DNA of 64,000 nt from Octopus vulgaris (Eukaryota): the NCBI GenBank assembly GCA_951406725.2, contig OX597821.1, positions 99,076,001 through 99,140,000 on the forward strand, in the 5' to 3' direction. Positions 53,180 through 64,000 of the stretch are shown piece by piece (position 1 is the first letter of the stretch; every line of letters starts with the position of its first letter). Position numbers and translations under genes: made by a program. Under the pieces are notes generated by a model. The model saw nothing but the letters and a program-made list of their open reading frames with translations, had not been told where the DNA came from and did not search any database.

Positions 53180-53550
53180 ACTCTTTTACCTCGTTTCAGT
53201 CATGTGACTGTGGCCATACTGGAGCACCGCCTTTAGTCGAGCAAATCGACCCCCAGCACTTATTGTTTGGAAGCCAAGTACTCATTCTATCGGTCTCTTT
53301 TGCCGAACCGCTAGGTAACGGGGACCTAAACACACCAGCATTGGTTGTCAAGCAATGTTGGGGGAACAAACACAAATACACAAACACATACACGACGGGC
53401 TTCTTTCAGTTTCCGTCTACCAAATCCACTCACAAAGCTTTGGTCGGCCCGAGGCTATAGTAGAAAACACTTTCCCAAGGTGCCACGCAGTGGAACTGAA
53501 CCTAGAACCATGTGGTTGGTAAGCAAGCTACTTACCACACAGCCACTCCT
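53180..53550 (-). mobile_element. CORE-type SINE
   Basis: Same family, reverse strand. Confidence 0.88.
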
Positions 53551-53807
53551 ACACCTGTTGTTTATCAAAAATAAATTGTTCTTTATCAAAATCTCAACAG
53601 ACTCCAATGTTTCTTTCTGTAGATAAACATAGTTACTTTAAACTCTTTATTTGACGGAGATTCCATCTATATTGATTTTGTAATATATAACACTTCCTCA
53701 GAGTCGATTCAGGATTGGTCATTGTGAAATATTGTCAGTTTCTTAGAGATTTTGTTAACATTTTTCAGGATGAAGTCGCAACAGCATCGCCATCTTGAAT
53801 ATATATA

Positions 53808-54201
53808 TCTTTATATATAAAAGTGAAGTTGTGTGTCTGTCTCCTACGATTTAGATTCCTAACTACTCCCACACTTTGCGGTGCAGTTTAACCAAAACCG
53901 GGTATCTTATAGTCGTGATTCATATCGAGCCCTTCTGGGTATTAGCGCGCGTCTACGATGAGTCAACGATTTAAAAAAAAATTTACCAGCAATTTTTCAC
54001 ATTTTTAATGCATTTTTGGCATATATAAGGGAAGAAACTCTCTAAAAATTTATTATTAAATCTCAGAACGTAAAAAGCTACAGTAACACCCCCCTCCTTG
54101 TGGTTAGCCATATTGAGATGGCTATTATACTTTACATCTCTAAAAATGCTTATATAGTTATTTCCCTTACAAACCCGAGCAACGCCGGGCAATAATGCTA
54201 G
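53808..54201 (+). mobile_element. Non-autonomous Helitron
   Basis: A|TC start, 3' hairpin CCCGAGCAACGCCGGG then CTAG|T end. Confidence 0.88.
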
Positions 54202-54269
54202 TATATATATATAATTCATAAACGTTTCGCGAATAACAATATTTTGAAAGCAAAACAGTTTAATATTTA

Positions 54270-54378
<109 letters not shown>

Positions 54379-54988
54379 AATGAAATAAGTATAATTTACG
54401 ATAAAAATTTGCTTTTTGATTAAATTACCAGCTACTGTGAAGTAAGACCTCTCACTACAGTTCGTCTGAATTTAACGTCTCTGGCTGTCACTCACTCCCA
54501 CTCCATTTGTTGTTTTTGTTTCCCTCTACCAGCGTGACCGATGTGAGACACATTGTGTTTTATTATATGTAAAATGGTAGTTACATTAAAAAAACATAGA
54601 TACTGAAAATGGTATGAATAAATCATGATAGACACAGTAAACTAAACAATATATTTTTCTTTAAGTGTGAAAATCTTACTCATATAGAAATTATTTTTTA
54701 GTTTTCTCGAATTTTTATTCACATGGCTTTTGATATCATTCAAGAGTACGATAATAATAGCGTGAAATTTAAACTGTATTTGGTAAAAGCAATAGAACTC
54801 CGGACTTTCAGGTATCTTCTGGTTGTTTTATTTCTTCGGGTTCAATAAGATAGACACCAGTCGAATCACTTAAGCAACGGTTTCTCCAATAAGAATTAGA
54901 CTTGTACCTTGTCAAAGGAATTCAGTTTATGCCAAAATTTATCAAGTGCTATACTACATGCTCTTAAATACTATGCAGATACAATGAA

Positions 54989-55135
54989 CCGTTACTTAGC
55001 GGTTCGGCAAAAGAGACCGATAGAATAAGTACTGGGCTTACAAAAGAATAAGTCCCGGGGTCGAGTTGCTCGATTAAAGGCGGTGCTCCAGCATGGCCGC
55101 AGTCAAATGACTGAAACAAGTAAAAGAGTAAAAAG
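54989..55135 (+). mobile_element. 5'-truncated CORE-type SINE
   Basis: 3' part of the same family. Confidence 0.85.
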
Positions 55136-56400
55136 AGAGAGATAGAAATGGCAAACCTAGACCAGAATCTGTGTTAAACATGAAAATTATAATGCGCAAT
55201 AACTACCTTACTAAAACTGCTTTCTATTATTTGCATTTACAACAATCAAAGACTTAACGCATGTACATGCACGTACACACATACAGAGACACTCACACAT
55301 ACATGCACTCACACTCACACAAGAAAATTAGTTTCCGCAAATTGACAGTCTAGTTTCAACTCCTGGAAATTCCGATTAATGCCCTCATAGCTTCGAGGAA
55401 AAATATTCCTTTCCTTATCTTAAAACTTAGTCTAGAATCTCAAAAACTTATCCATTAGAAAAGTTGTCTCTTCACTTATGTTTTCCCAATTTTCTTCCAT
55501 TTTCCCCGATCGATATAGACGCCAGCAATTACAATCTACAGAAGTATGAGAGAAAATTAGATAAATGAAAAGAAATTATTACACGGGTTTCTCTGTTTTT
55601 CGTCCTTTCTGATGAAGAAGCCATGTAAAAGATTGTTCAATTAGCGAAAGCTAGTGCTCTTTGATCTTGTACGAATTCCGAGAATCAGTATCAAATCACA
55701 GCTGATCATAGAAGATGCTTTCAGCAAAACTCGTGAATATTTGTCGCAAGGAATTAAAAAATATATTCAATAATTTTGTGTAATTTCTCAATTAAAAATA
55801 GAAAAAAAAAAGCAAATAATCACAAATTGCGAGAAATAATGTAAAATCACATATAAATTGTGTATCTGCACACGTGCATGCACGCATGCGCACACACACA
55901 CACACATGCACGCATGCACACGCACGCGTACGCAAACACACACACATAAAGCGTATGTGTATTGGTGTAGATATGTAATGTGTGCAATCGTACGTTTAGT
56001 TATATAAGGAAAGAAATACTAAATATAGAAATGGCTAATATTTTTACGTTTAATAATTTGCAGAAGTTGAAATATATAGTAGTGTATTGGTGTCGTAAAA
56101 AATTTTCAGCATTTTAAAAGAAATAAACTGCAACTGTTATTTAACAAATGTATTACTAGTATAATACACGCCATATACTTGCTAGAGACTTGCCACAATG
56201 AATCCTATATTGTCAGGCTACGCTCTGATCAAAGTTCATTTGCCATGAATATGATTAATCATATTCATGGCAAAGCGTATAATGTCTGAGTCCGTGTGTT
56301 GAAACCAAGGGTATAATTTCAAATTTACAGAAAGCAATAGCGTATTTCGTTTTTGGATTTGGTTTGCAAGGTTCTTTATATTAGTTCGTGTGTTGACGCA

Positions 56401-56609
56401 TATTCTGTTGTGTCTGGGGAGAGTCATTCTCTTTTAGCACCTTATTATTTAACACACTCATCTATAAAATTTCCACTTATTTCGTCTTTTTATTTTCCTA
56501 AAATTTTCGTTGCATCTTGCAACCTTTTCAATAGTCTTGACCGACCGGTGAGTGTGTTAAATAAAAAGGTACTAAAAGAGAATGACTCTCCCCAGACACA
56601 ACAAAATAG
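56401..56609. repeat. Fold-back element with ~60 bp arms
   Basis: TATTCTGTTGTGTCTGGGGAGAGTC...AACACACTCA / TGAGTGTGTT...GACACAACAAAATA. Confidence 0.8.
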
Positions 56610-57113
56610 CGTATTCTTGGCGTCAGAAGTTTCGTCGCACTATTTGTGTGTGTGTGTGTGTGTGTATGTGCGTGTGTGTGTTGTGTGTGTGTGCGTGCGT
56701 ATTCATATATATGTATGCATACATACACACGTGCATACATATATGTATGCGTATACAAGTATGTATACAGACAAACATATACACACATATTCTATGCAAA
56801 ATGCAGTAAGTGCTCCTCAATTGCATATACAAGATTTTTTAATCAACCGGGTAGCTGTTCGCAACATTAGTGAACGCTTTATTCACTTTTACCTATATCA
56901 AAAATGAATTCTTTTATCTGAGCGTATGACTGACTGACTGTACACGCCATTGAAAAGGTCCCAAAACGCCAAAATGCATCTGGTGATCTCGCTGACGGCT
57001 GTTGGCGCAATTTTCGCCGCCTTCCTTTGATATTTATTGTTTTTTTTTTAACATAGGAAGTTCATAAGAGATGTTATTTCAGAACAAATACAGCAGTAAC
57101 CGGGTTAGCGACA

Positions 57114-57173
<60 letters not shown>

Positions 57174-57245
57174 TGTTCAAGTTTACAGGAAAAAAAAGAC
57201 AAAGATAGGTGAGGAAGAATGGACTGCTTGGGAAGAATGGAAAAG

Positions 57246-57282
57246 TCTTTGACGTTTCGAGCTTAAACTCTTCGACAAAAAG
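57246..57282 (-). ncRNA. Degenerate minimal hammerhead-like motif with GUC site
   Basis: CTTT-TTGTCGA-A-GAGT-TTAA-GCTC-GAAAC-GTC|AAAG. Confidence 0.4.
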
Positions 57283-57299
57283 GAAAAAAATGGAATAAA

Positions 57300-57308
57300 C
57301 GACGACAA

Positions 57309-57344
<36 letters not shown>

Positions 57345-57361
57345 GTGACGGTGACGGTGAC

Positions 57362-57421
<60 letters not shown>

Positions 57422-57620
57422 GGTGATTGATGATGGTGATTGATGATGATGATGATGATGATTATTATGATGATGATGATTGATGATGGTGATTGATGAT
57501 GATGATGATGATTGATGATGGTGATTGATGATGATGATGATGATGATGATTGATGATGGTGATTGATGATGATGATGATGATTATGATGATGATGATGAT
57601 GATGATGATGATGGTGATTG
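57300..57620. repeat. (GAC)n/(GAT)n compound microsatellite
   Basis: Directly visible. Confidence 0.95.
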
Positions 57621-58200
57621 ATGGCTGTCCAGTCGTGACCGAGGCAGGCCATCATTGACCAATGCCCATGCAAAACATCACCAATCCCAGGGCATGAGGT
57701 TACTGCTCCTGCAGCTGGCTCTTCATCATGGTTCGCGCCAGCGACTTCCATACTCGCCATGGCGCTTTCCTACTCAACCTCCTCGCCGGCAATTGCGCAA
57801 CATAAAATTTTAGGTCCAATAAGGTTTTGCACAGCATTTCACAGACCCTCTCCACCCTACTGACAGAGATAAACCAAGACCAGATATCCAGTGTCAATAT
57901 GAGTCGCAGGCTCAGGTATGTGGGAGCGCCATGATCTCAAGCGCAAGCAATAGTTCCCCTAAAATGTTCGATAACATTCCCTGCATGTCTGGTTTTCACC
58001 TTCACCTGAAGATATTCTTTAACAAACGTTGAAGGGGTGCCTTACACCCAGTGACCTTCAGTGCGCTGGACACCAACTCGGAATTTATGAGGACCCGTGC
58101 TTTTGCTAGATAGTCGTTGCATCTACACTAGGTTCATCTGTCATTTTGAAACGTCTTTTTTTAGTCCTACATGGTTTCTAGCAACACTTTTCATCAGGCA
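57620..58200 (-). mobile_element. Probable LINE 3' remnant ending in a (CAT)n tail
   Basis: GC-richer decayed coding-like block directly followed (minus strand) by (CAT)n. Confidence 0.35.
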
Positions 58201-58421
58201 AACCTACACACACACACACACACACACATTACTTCAAGGCTTTCACTCTACACACCCCAGCTTAACTTGATTCGTCTTTATTAGTCGAAAGACACCTGTT
58301 GTTATTTTCGTATTGTTTGTATTTGTAATTGTGAAACATGCTCTCCGTTTTTTGTCTTCGTTGTACATATCCACTTACTTTCTCTGAAAAGGTTTAATGC
58401 TCTTAGCTTAGATTTTTGGGA

Positions 58422-58500
58422 GTAGCCAGAGTTGAACAATCTCAAGTGTAACTGCCTGGAACTGTAAGGATAATTCGGTAACTTGACTGATGAGAGGAGG
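58422..58500 (+). ncRNA. Divergent non-circularly permuted hammerhead-like motif, copy 3
   Basis: ACAA-U-C|TCAAGT ... CCTG-GAACTGT ... ACTTGA-CTGATGA-GAGG; perfect 6-bp helix I TCAAGT/ACTTGA with the same strand order as copies 1 and 2. Confidence 0.45.
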
Positions 58501-58599
58501 CTGCGAATGACCCGTCCTTGTTTTTTCGTTAGGTATGTTTTATTGTCGTTTGTTGCGTTCTTGTTCCATTTTGGGGATTTATATATACATACATACATG

Positions 58600-58661
<62 letters not shown>

Positions 58662-58672
58662 CGTGCGCGCGC

Positions 58673-58703
<31 letters not shown>

Positions 58704-58829
58704 ATTGATGGTCTGGCATAAAGTGGTCGATTGAATAAGTGCTAGGTTTTAAAAGAAAAAGAAAAAGCAAATCACGAAAACACAGACAGTGCTCATAGAA
58801 TACTTTAAAATAATATGCTCAACTCTGTC

Positions 58830-61800
58830 GTGTTTTAACTTATACTCTACTGATGCTAAAACTTTATTTCCAGAGATTAAATGGTCCGCCGTTTCAATCT
58901 CATCATCGCAGAATCAGGACTTTGGATCTGTCCCATTCTTCTTTATATTGGCTTGGTAGTTCCGAGTCAATAAGCTTTGATCTTGAGCAGCTAAGATGAA
59001 GCCTTCCCTCTGTCTTTAGTTCTGTGCTTCGTAGCCACTGATTAGTGCGCTTCTGGGCAATATCTTGTTTGCTACGGGCCACATATTTGCCTTGCAGAGG
59101 TTTCTACTCCCACCTACCAGCCAATTGTTCACGCGCTTTTTTTCTTTGCCATTGATTTCACCTTCTTTGCAACAACAGTTGCTCCACTTCCCTCAGGCTG
59201 TACAGCCTAGATATCATGCATAAAATCAATAGCAAATGTTTTGCTTGCCTTTATGACAGAGTGAAGTTTCTTACGCCTCTCGTGATTTTCAACATGTTTT
59301 AGGATCCAGTCGTTAATTGTTTCAAGATATTTGGCCAGTCCAGTTGTGCTGATGTTGTAAGAAAGTTCAAACTGAATTCAGCCTCGACTTCCTTGGGCTC
59401 TGAAAAGGTAAAGACGATCCATACCACCCTTTGAGTGCATCTTACGTCAGCAGCTTACGTATTTTTTTTAGTCAATTTTCTTTATTTCACTGATATTCCA
59501 GTTCAACATATTCAAGCTATAAGTGACAACTGGAACTACTCTCTTTTACTCTTTACTCTTTTACTTGTTTCAGTCATTTTGACTGCGGCCATGCTGGAGC
59601 ACCGCCTTTAATCGGGCAACTCGACCCCGGAACTTATTCTTTTGTAAGCCCAGTACGTATTCTATCGGTCTCTTTAGCCGAACCGCTAAGTAACGGGGAC
59701 GTAAACAAACCAGCATCGGTTGTCAAGCAATGCTAGGGGGACAAACACAGACACACAAACATACACGTACACACACATATATATACATATATACGACAGG
59801 CTTCTTTCAGTTTCCGTCTACCAAATCCACTCACAAGGCATTGGTCGGCCCGGTGCTATAGCAGAAGACTCTTGCCCAAGGTGCCACGCAGTGGGACTGA
59901 ACCCGGAACCATGTGGCTGGTTAGCAAGCTACTTACCACACAGTCACTCCTGCGCCTAACACATTTATGGCTAACACCTTATGTTCATTTAGGTCAGATT
60001 TCAGAACTGCTCGAACTCTTCTATATCATCCCTTCCTAATCTTCTTTTTCATGCTTGCATGCTGAATGCCAGAACCTTCGTTTGTTCCTAGGTATTTATA
60101 AATTTATTCCTGCTCAAGTTCTTTTATAACTGAGTCGATATCTAACATGACTGAATTTGTGGTCTTCAATTTCCCTTTCTTGAAAGTGACCTTGGCACAC
60201 TTATCACGACCAAACTCCATCTTGAAATCATCAATGAATGCTTTCACTATTCATAATAGGCCTTCAAGCTCATCATTGTCTTTGCAATAGAGTTTTAAGT
60301 CATCCATATAAAATAGATGGTTTATTTTCTTGTCAATGTTATATCTATATCCTCTTCTGTTAAGTAAACTTGTAAGTGGTATTAGAGCTAAGAAAAAATA
60401 TTAGAGGTAAAAGTGAGTCTTCTCGGAAAATTCCACAGCTAATGCTAATATTGTTTGAAGCTAGTACTCCATTAGAGTGATATAATTGGAGATTCGAATT
60501 CCACAACGATATATTATGCTTCAGAAAGTCTGAAATTACAGGAGAAATTTTGAAGCTGTCCAGCGATTTCAAGCTCCATGAATGCGGCATTTTATAATCA
60601 TTCTATGCAGAACTGAGATTTCTACGTTTGTTATGAGTTCTCAAGGATTATACGATTAATTAGGAGTTGATCTTTGCATCCATGCGGGCCTCACGGCACA
60701 CTTTATGTTCAGTGACGAAAATATTGTTCTTTTCCATAAATGCATATGATTTCTGCACGAGAATTGATGTTAAAATTCTAAAAGCGGTAAACAAGTTATT
60801 GGCCGATAGTATTTTTGAACTTTGGTTTCATTATTCTTTGGAAGTTGGTAAGTAATACTACTTGCTAACCAGTCAAGTGTTTTCTTAGGATCTCCAATAA
60901 TTTCATTGAACAGCTGAACTAACTATTCGTGAGTGCACGGAAAAGATGCGAGCCAAAGGTTTGACACCCTATCTTTATCGGAGGGTTTCCACTTAAGAAC
61001 CTTCGTGAGTGTCATCTTAGGTCTACTATTGAGATGTTTTCTATTAGTTCTTGAAGTTTGTTAAGATACTTCTGCGCGTCTAATTCAATCTGCAATTTCA
61101 TTGTATGTCTTCTCATCGTTCCAAATGTTTTTTCAAAGAGTTTTCAGCTTCTTCCATGGGATGGATGGTGGTCTTCAATGGTTATTTTCTCCTTCCTTAT
61201 TTCTCTGTAGAATGTTTTAGCATTGGATGTGAGCAGTTTATTTTGCTTGTAAAAATTGTTTCTTTTATCATATCTTTGAGCTTTTGCTTGGACCTTTTGT
61301 TTTAATGTTTCTTTTGTTCATATCAGTTCTTATCTTGATGAAAATCCAAATTTTCTCATCATTCTTCCTCTTTTTGGATCTTAGATCATTTCCACAAATT
61401 AATTCATTTGATATTGATATTTCCCTTCTCATTAATTCAATTTCTTTATCAATTTTACTTCTCCGGTTTGGTGTTCTTTGTTTTTACAAAGGCATACAAC
61501 TGATTTCAATTGTCTTAGCAGATGCAGAAATAATTTCATTTATCATAGTAAGATTAAGTTTTAATTCTTGTATGATTTCTTTTGTTACATATTTTCCAAT
61601 TTAATTTTATTATTATTATTATTTGTTTTCTGGCGTTTATGAAGTGGTTCTCTATCAGTCATACTTGTATATCTTACAACTTCAAGCTCATTTAGAATTT
61701 CCTGATTCATTTCCATCATAGGCTCTCTGTGATCTTCAACAAATGTGTGGTCTTCAAATACTGTTTCTTTACCGCTTTGCTATCTTTATCAGGTTCATTA

Positions 61801-62345
61801 GAATTTCTTATTTCTTTAGGCCTTTGCGTGATTTAATCATATGACAATTTTTCAATTAAGACTCGTGGCGGGCTACTCTCTTCATCTGATTCTTCGTTTT
61901 CTTCCTGCCTTATATTTAGGTCATTTTCCGATACGTGCTTGATCGCGATTATTTCACTAGCTTTATGTGTGTTATATCTGAAGATATCCCTCCTAACATT
62001 TGCTCACTTATTTTCATCCAAATACGATCTGCTGTCTTTAATTCATTTTTCTCCAAAAGTTTCTGATGTGTCTCTCTTGAGTTGGCCTACCTAATGCATA
62101 GTAATGAACGTATATTACTTCTTTATACTCTTCCCGGGTCCATTTGAACTTCTTAATTTTTTTTTTTTTTGTGCTGGCTGCGGTGGTAAACTTTGAGGGC
62201 TCGAGTTGGAGCAGTTCCCATTCAAGTGACCATCCAAGTTCGTACTCGGTAAAGAGTTTGTGCCAGTGGATAACTTTTCGACCCCAGGTTGGCTCTCCTC
62301 TGAGGGAAACACAGATTGAACCAGGACAAGCGATTTGGTGTACTG
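58830..62345 (-). mobile_element. Dong/R4-type LINE, near full-length but decayed
   Basis: WKPSDKDRVSN, CGIFREDSLLPL.F, INHLFYMDDLKLY, MEFGRDKCAKVTFKKG, YKYLG, AQGSRG.IQ, GFILAAQDQSLLTRNYQA. Confidence 0.88.
59540..59957 (-). mobile_element. CORE-type SINE inserted in the Dong/R4 LINE
   Basis: Same family, interrupts the RT-coding remnant. Confidence 0.9.
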
Positions 62346-62578
62346 TTTCTTATTATTATTACTATTGTTATAATTATTACTATTACTATGAATACGCCGG
62401 GTGAAATGCTTAGCGATATTTCACCCGTTTCTACATTCTGAGTTCAAATTCCGCCGAGGTCGACTTGCCTTTCATCCTTTTGCGGTCAATAAAATCAGTA
62501 CCTGCTGAGTACTGATGTCGATGTAATCGACTTGCCTCTCCCACCAAAATTTCAGAGCTTGTTCCTTTAGTAGAAAGG

Positions 62579-62637
<59 letters not shown>

Positions 62638-62640
62638 TAT

Positions 62641-64000
62641 GTTTTTCCTTCTTTCTTCAAATTTTCTTCCGTTTCTCGTCGAGTGTTTTCCGTACACCTA
62701 GGGCAGAGAAGCTCATTGTATGCATTCCCAGATTACACACGCAAATTCACAGATAAAATATGTATTTAAAAATTGATAAATAAATAACTAAATTCATGGA
62801 TGAATGTCGTTTTCACAGCGATAATGCTCTTCTCAGTACATGAACCGTTCCAGTTAATACGATTTTTGCACTTCCTGTAGGGATGGTAAGCCTGGAATCA
62901 TTTTCAAATAGGTTTCAGTACCTTTTTTTATTATTCCTAGAGATCCTACAATCACTGGTATTGTAGTCGCCTTGAGATGCCACATTTTTTCAATTTCTAT
63001 TAGCAGGTCTTTATATTTACTAATCTTGTCAAATTCTTTCGCCGCTATATTGTGATCGCAAGGAATATTCATGTCAATTAATAAACACATCTTTTTTGTC
63101 TGATCTTTTATAATAATATCAGGTTTATTAGCTTTTATAGTCTTGTCGGTCTGTACGGGGAAGTCCCATAGAATCGACACATTTTCTCCCTCAGTCACAG
63201 CTTCAGGATGATGTTTATACCATTTGTCGGCAGTTTTGATTTTATAATGCCGACATATTGTCCAGTGTAAATACTGGCCGACTCTGTCATGTCTTGCTTT
63301 ATATTCTACAGGTTGCTAAGACTCTACACCCTGAGATTAGGTGGGTTTCAATCTCATCGTTATAGAATCGGCATTTTGGGTCAGCTCCATTTTTTATCAC
63401 ATTGGCTTGTTAGTTCCGGGTTAATAAGCTTTGGTCTTGAGCAGCTAATATGAAACCTTCACTCTCTGCTTTTAGCCCTGAGCTTCGTAACCATTGGTGC
63501 GTGTGTTTCTTGGTCGACATCAGCTTGTTTGCTACGGGCCACATACTTGCCATGGAGAGGTTTCTGTTCCCAACAGCTAGCTAAATTTTCATGTGCTTTT
63601 GTCTTTGCAATTAATTTTATTTTCTTTGCAGCTGCAGTTAGCGCATTTCCTTCAGCCTGCTCAATCTGATGGGTATCTAAGAGATCAGTAGCGAATTTTT
63701 TGCTCTCTTTGAGAATAGAGTGAAGTTTTTCGGTCTATCATGTTTTTCAACAAGTTTTAGCATCCAATCGTTGGTTGCTTCAAGGTATTTGACCAGTCCG
63801 ATTCTGGTGGTTTTGTATGTAAGTTCAAGCTGGATCAAACCTCGACCTCCCTGAGCTCTGGGAAGGTAAAGGCGATCCATGTCTGCCTTTGGATGGTGCA
63901 TCTTATTACAAGTCAGTAGCTTGCGGATTTTTCTGTCAATTTTCTTTATTTCACTGGTATTCCAGTTAAGCACATTGAAGCTATAAAGAACAACTGGTAC
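62641..64000 (-). mobile_element. Dong/R4-type LINE 3' part (RLE endonuclease and 3' UTR), runs off the window
   Basis: MHHPKADMDRLYLPRAQGGRGLIQLE, EGFILAAQDQ, RHDRVG, ILWDFPVQTDKTIKANKPDI, KISKYKDL, IPVIVGSLG; ends at (TAA)n. Confidence 0.92.

Noticed and set aside
55602-55675. CTGATGA ... GTA AAAG ... CGAAAG as another hammerhead
   Set aside because: Helix I (CTTT/AAAG) is possible but helices II and III cannot be formed convincingly; single copy.
62220-62345. HDV-like ribozyme at the Dong/R4 5' end
   Set aside because: Expected by analogy with R2/R4 elements, but I could not assign the nested double pseudoknot by eye.

Overview
AT-rich, repeat-saturated eukaryotic DNA, most likely a cephalopod (octopus-like: tRNA-derived CORE/Meta/V-type SINEs and very dense AT/ATAC/GT microsatellites; this is inference). 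The only convincing protein gene is an intronless Frizzled-5/8 orthologue (11862-13607, minus), sitting in a ~6 kb TE-poor zone with a candidate TATA/Inr promoter. The rest is decayed mobile DNA: two mariner remnants, a Buster/Charlie-type hAT plus a hAT MITE, a non-autonomous Helitron, RTE, Tx1/L1-like and Dong/R4 LINEs, Penelope-like elements (Naiad type), a Gypsy scrap, fold-back MITEs and a three-level nested insertion with telomere-like repeats. Most long ORFs in the track are microsatellite artefacts. The most interesting signal is RNA-level. Short Penelope-associated repeats inserted at (AT)n tracts carry hammerhead ribozyme motifs in three architectures: minimal dimer-type motifs, a long-stem-II type I motif, and a non-circularly permuted (pseudoknotted) motif found in three copies with compensatory base changes.
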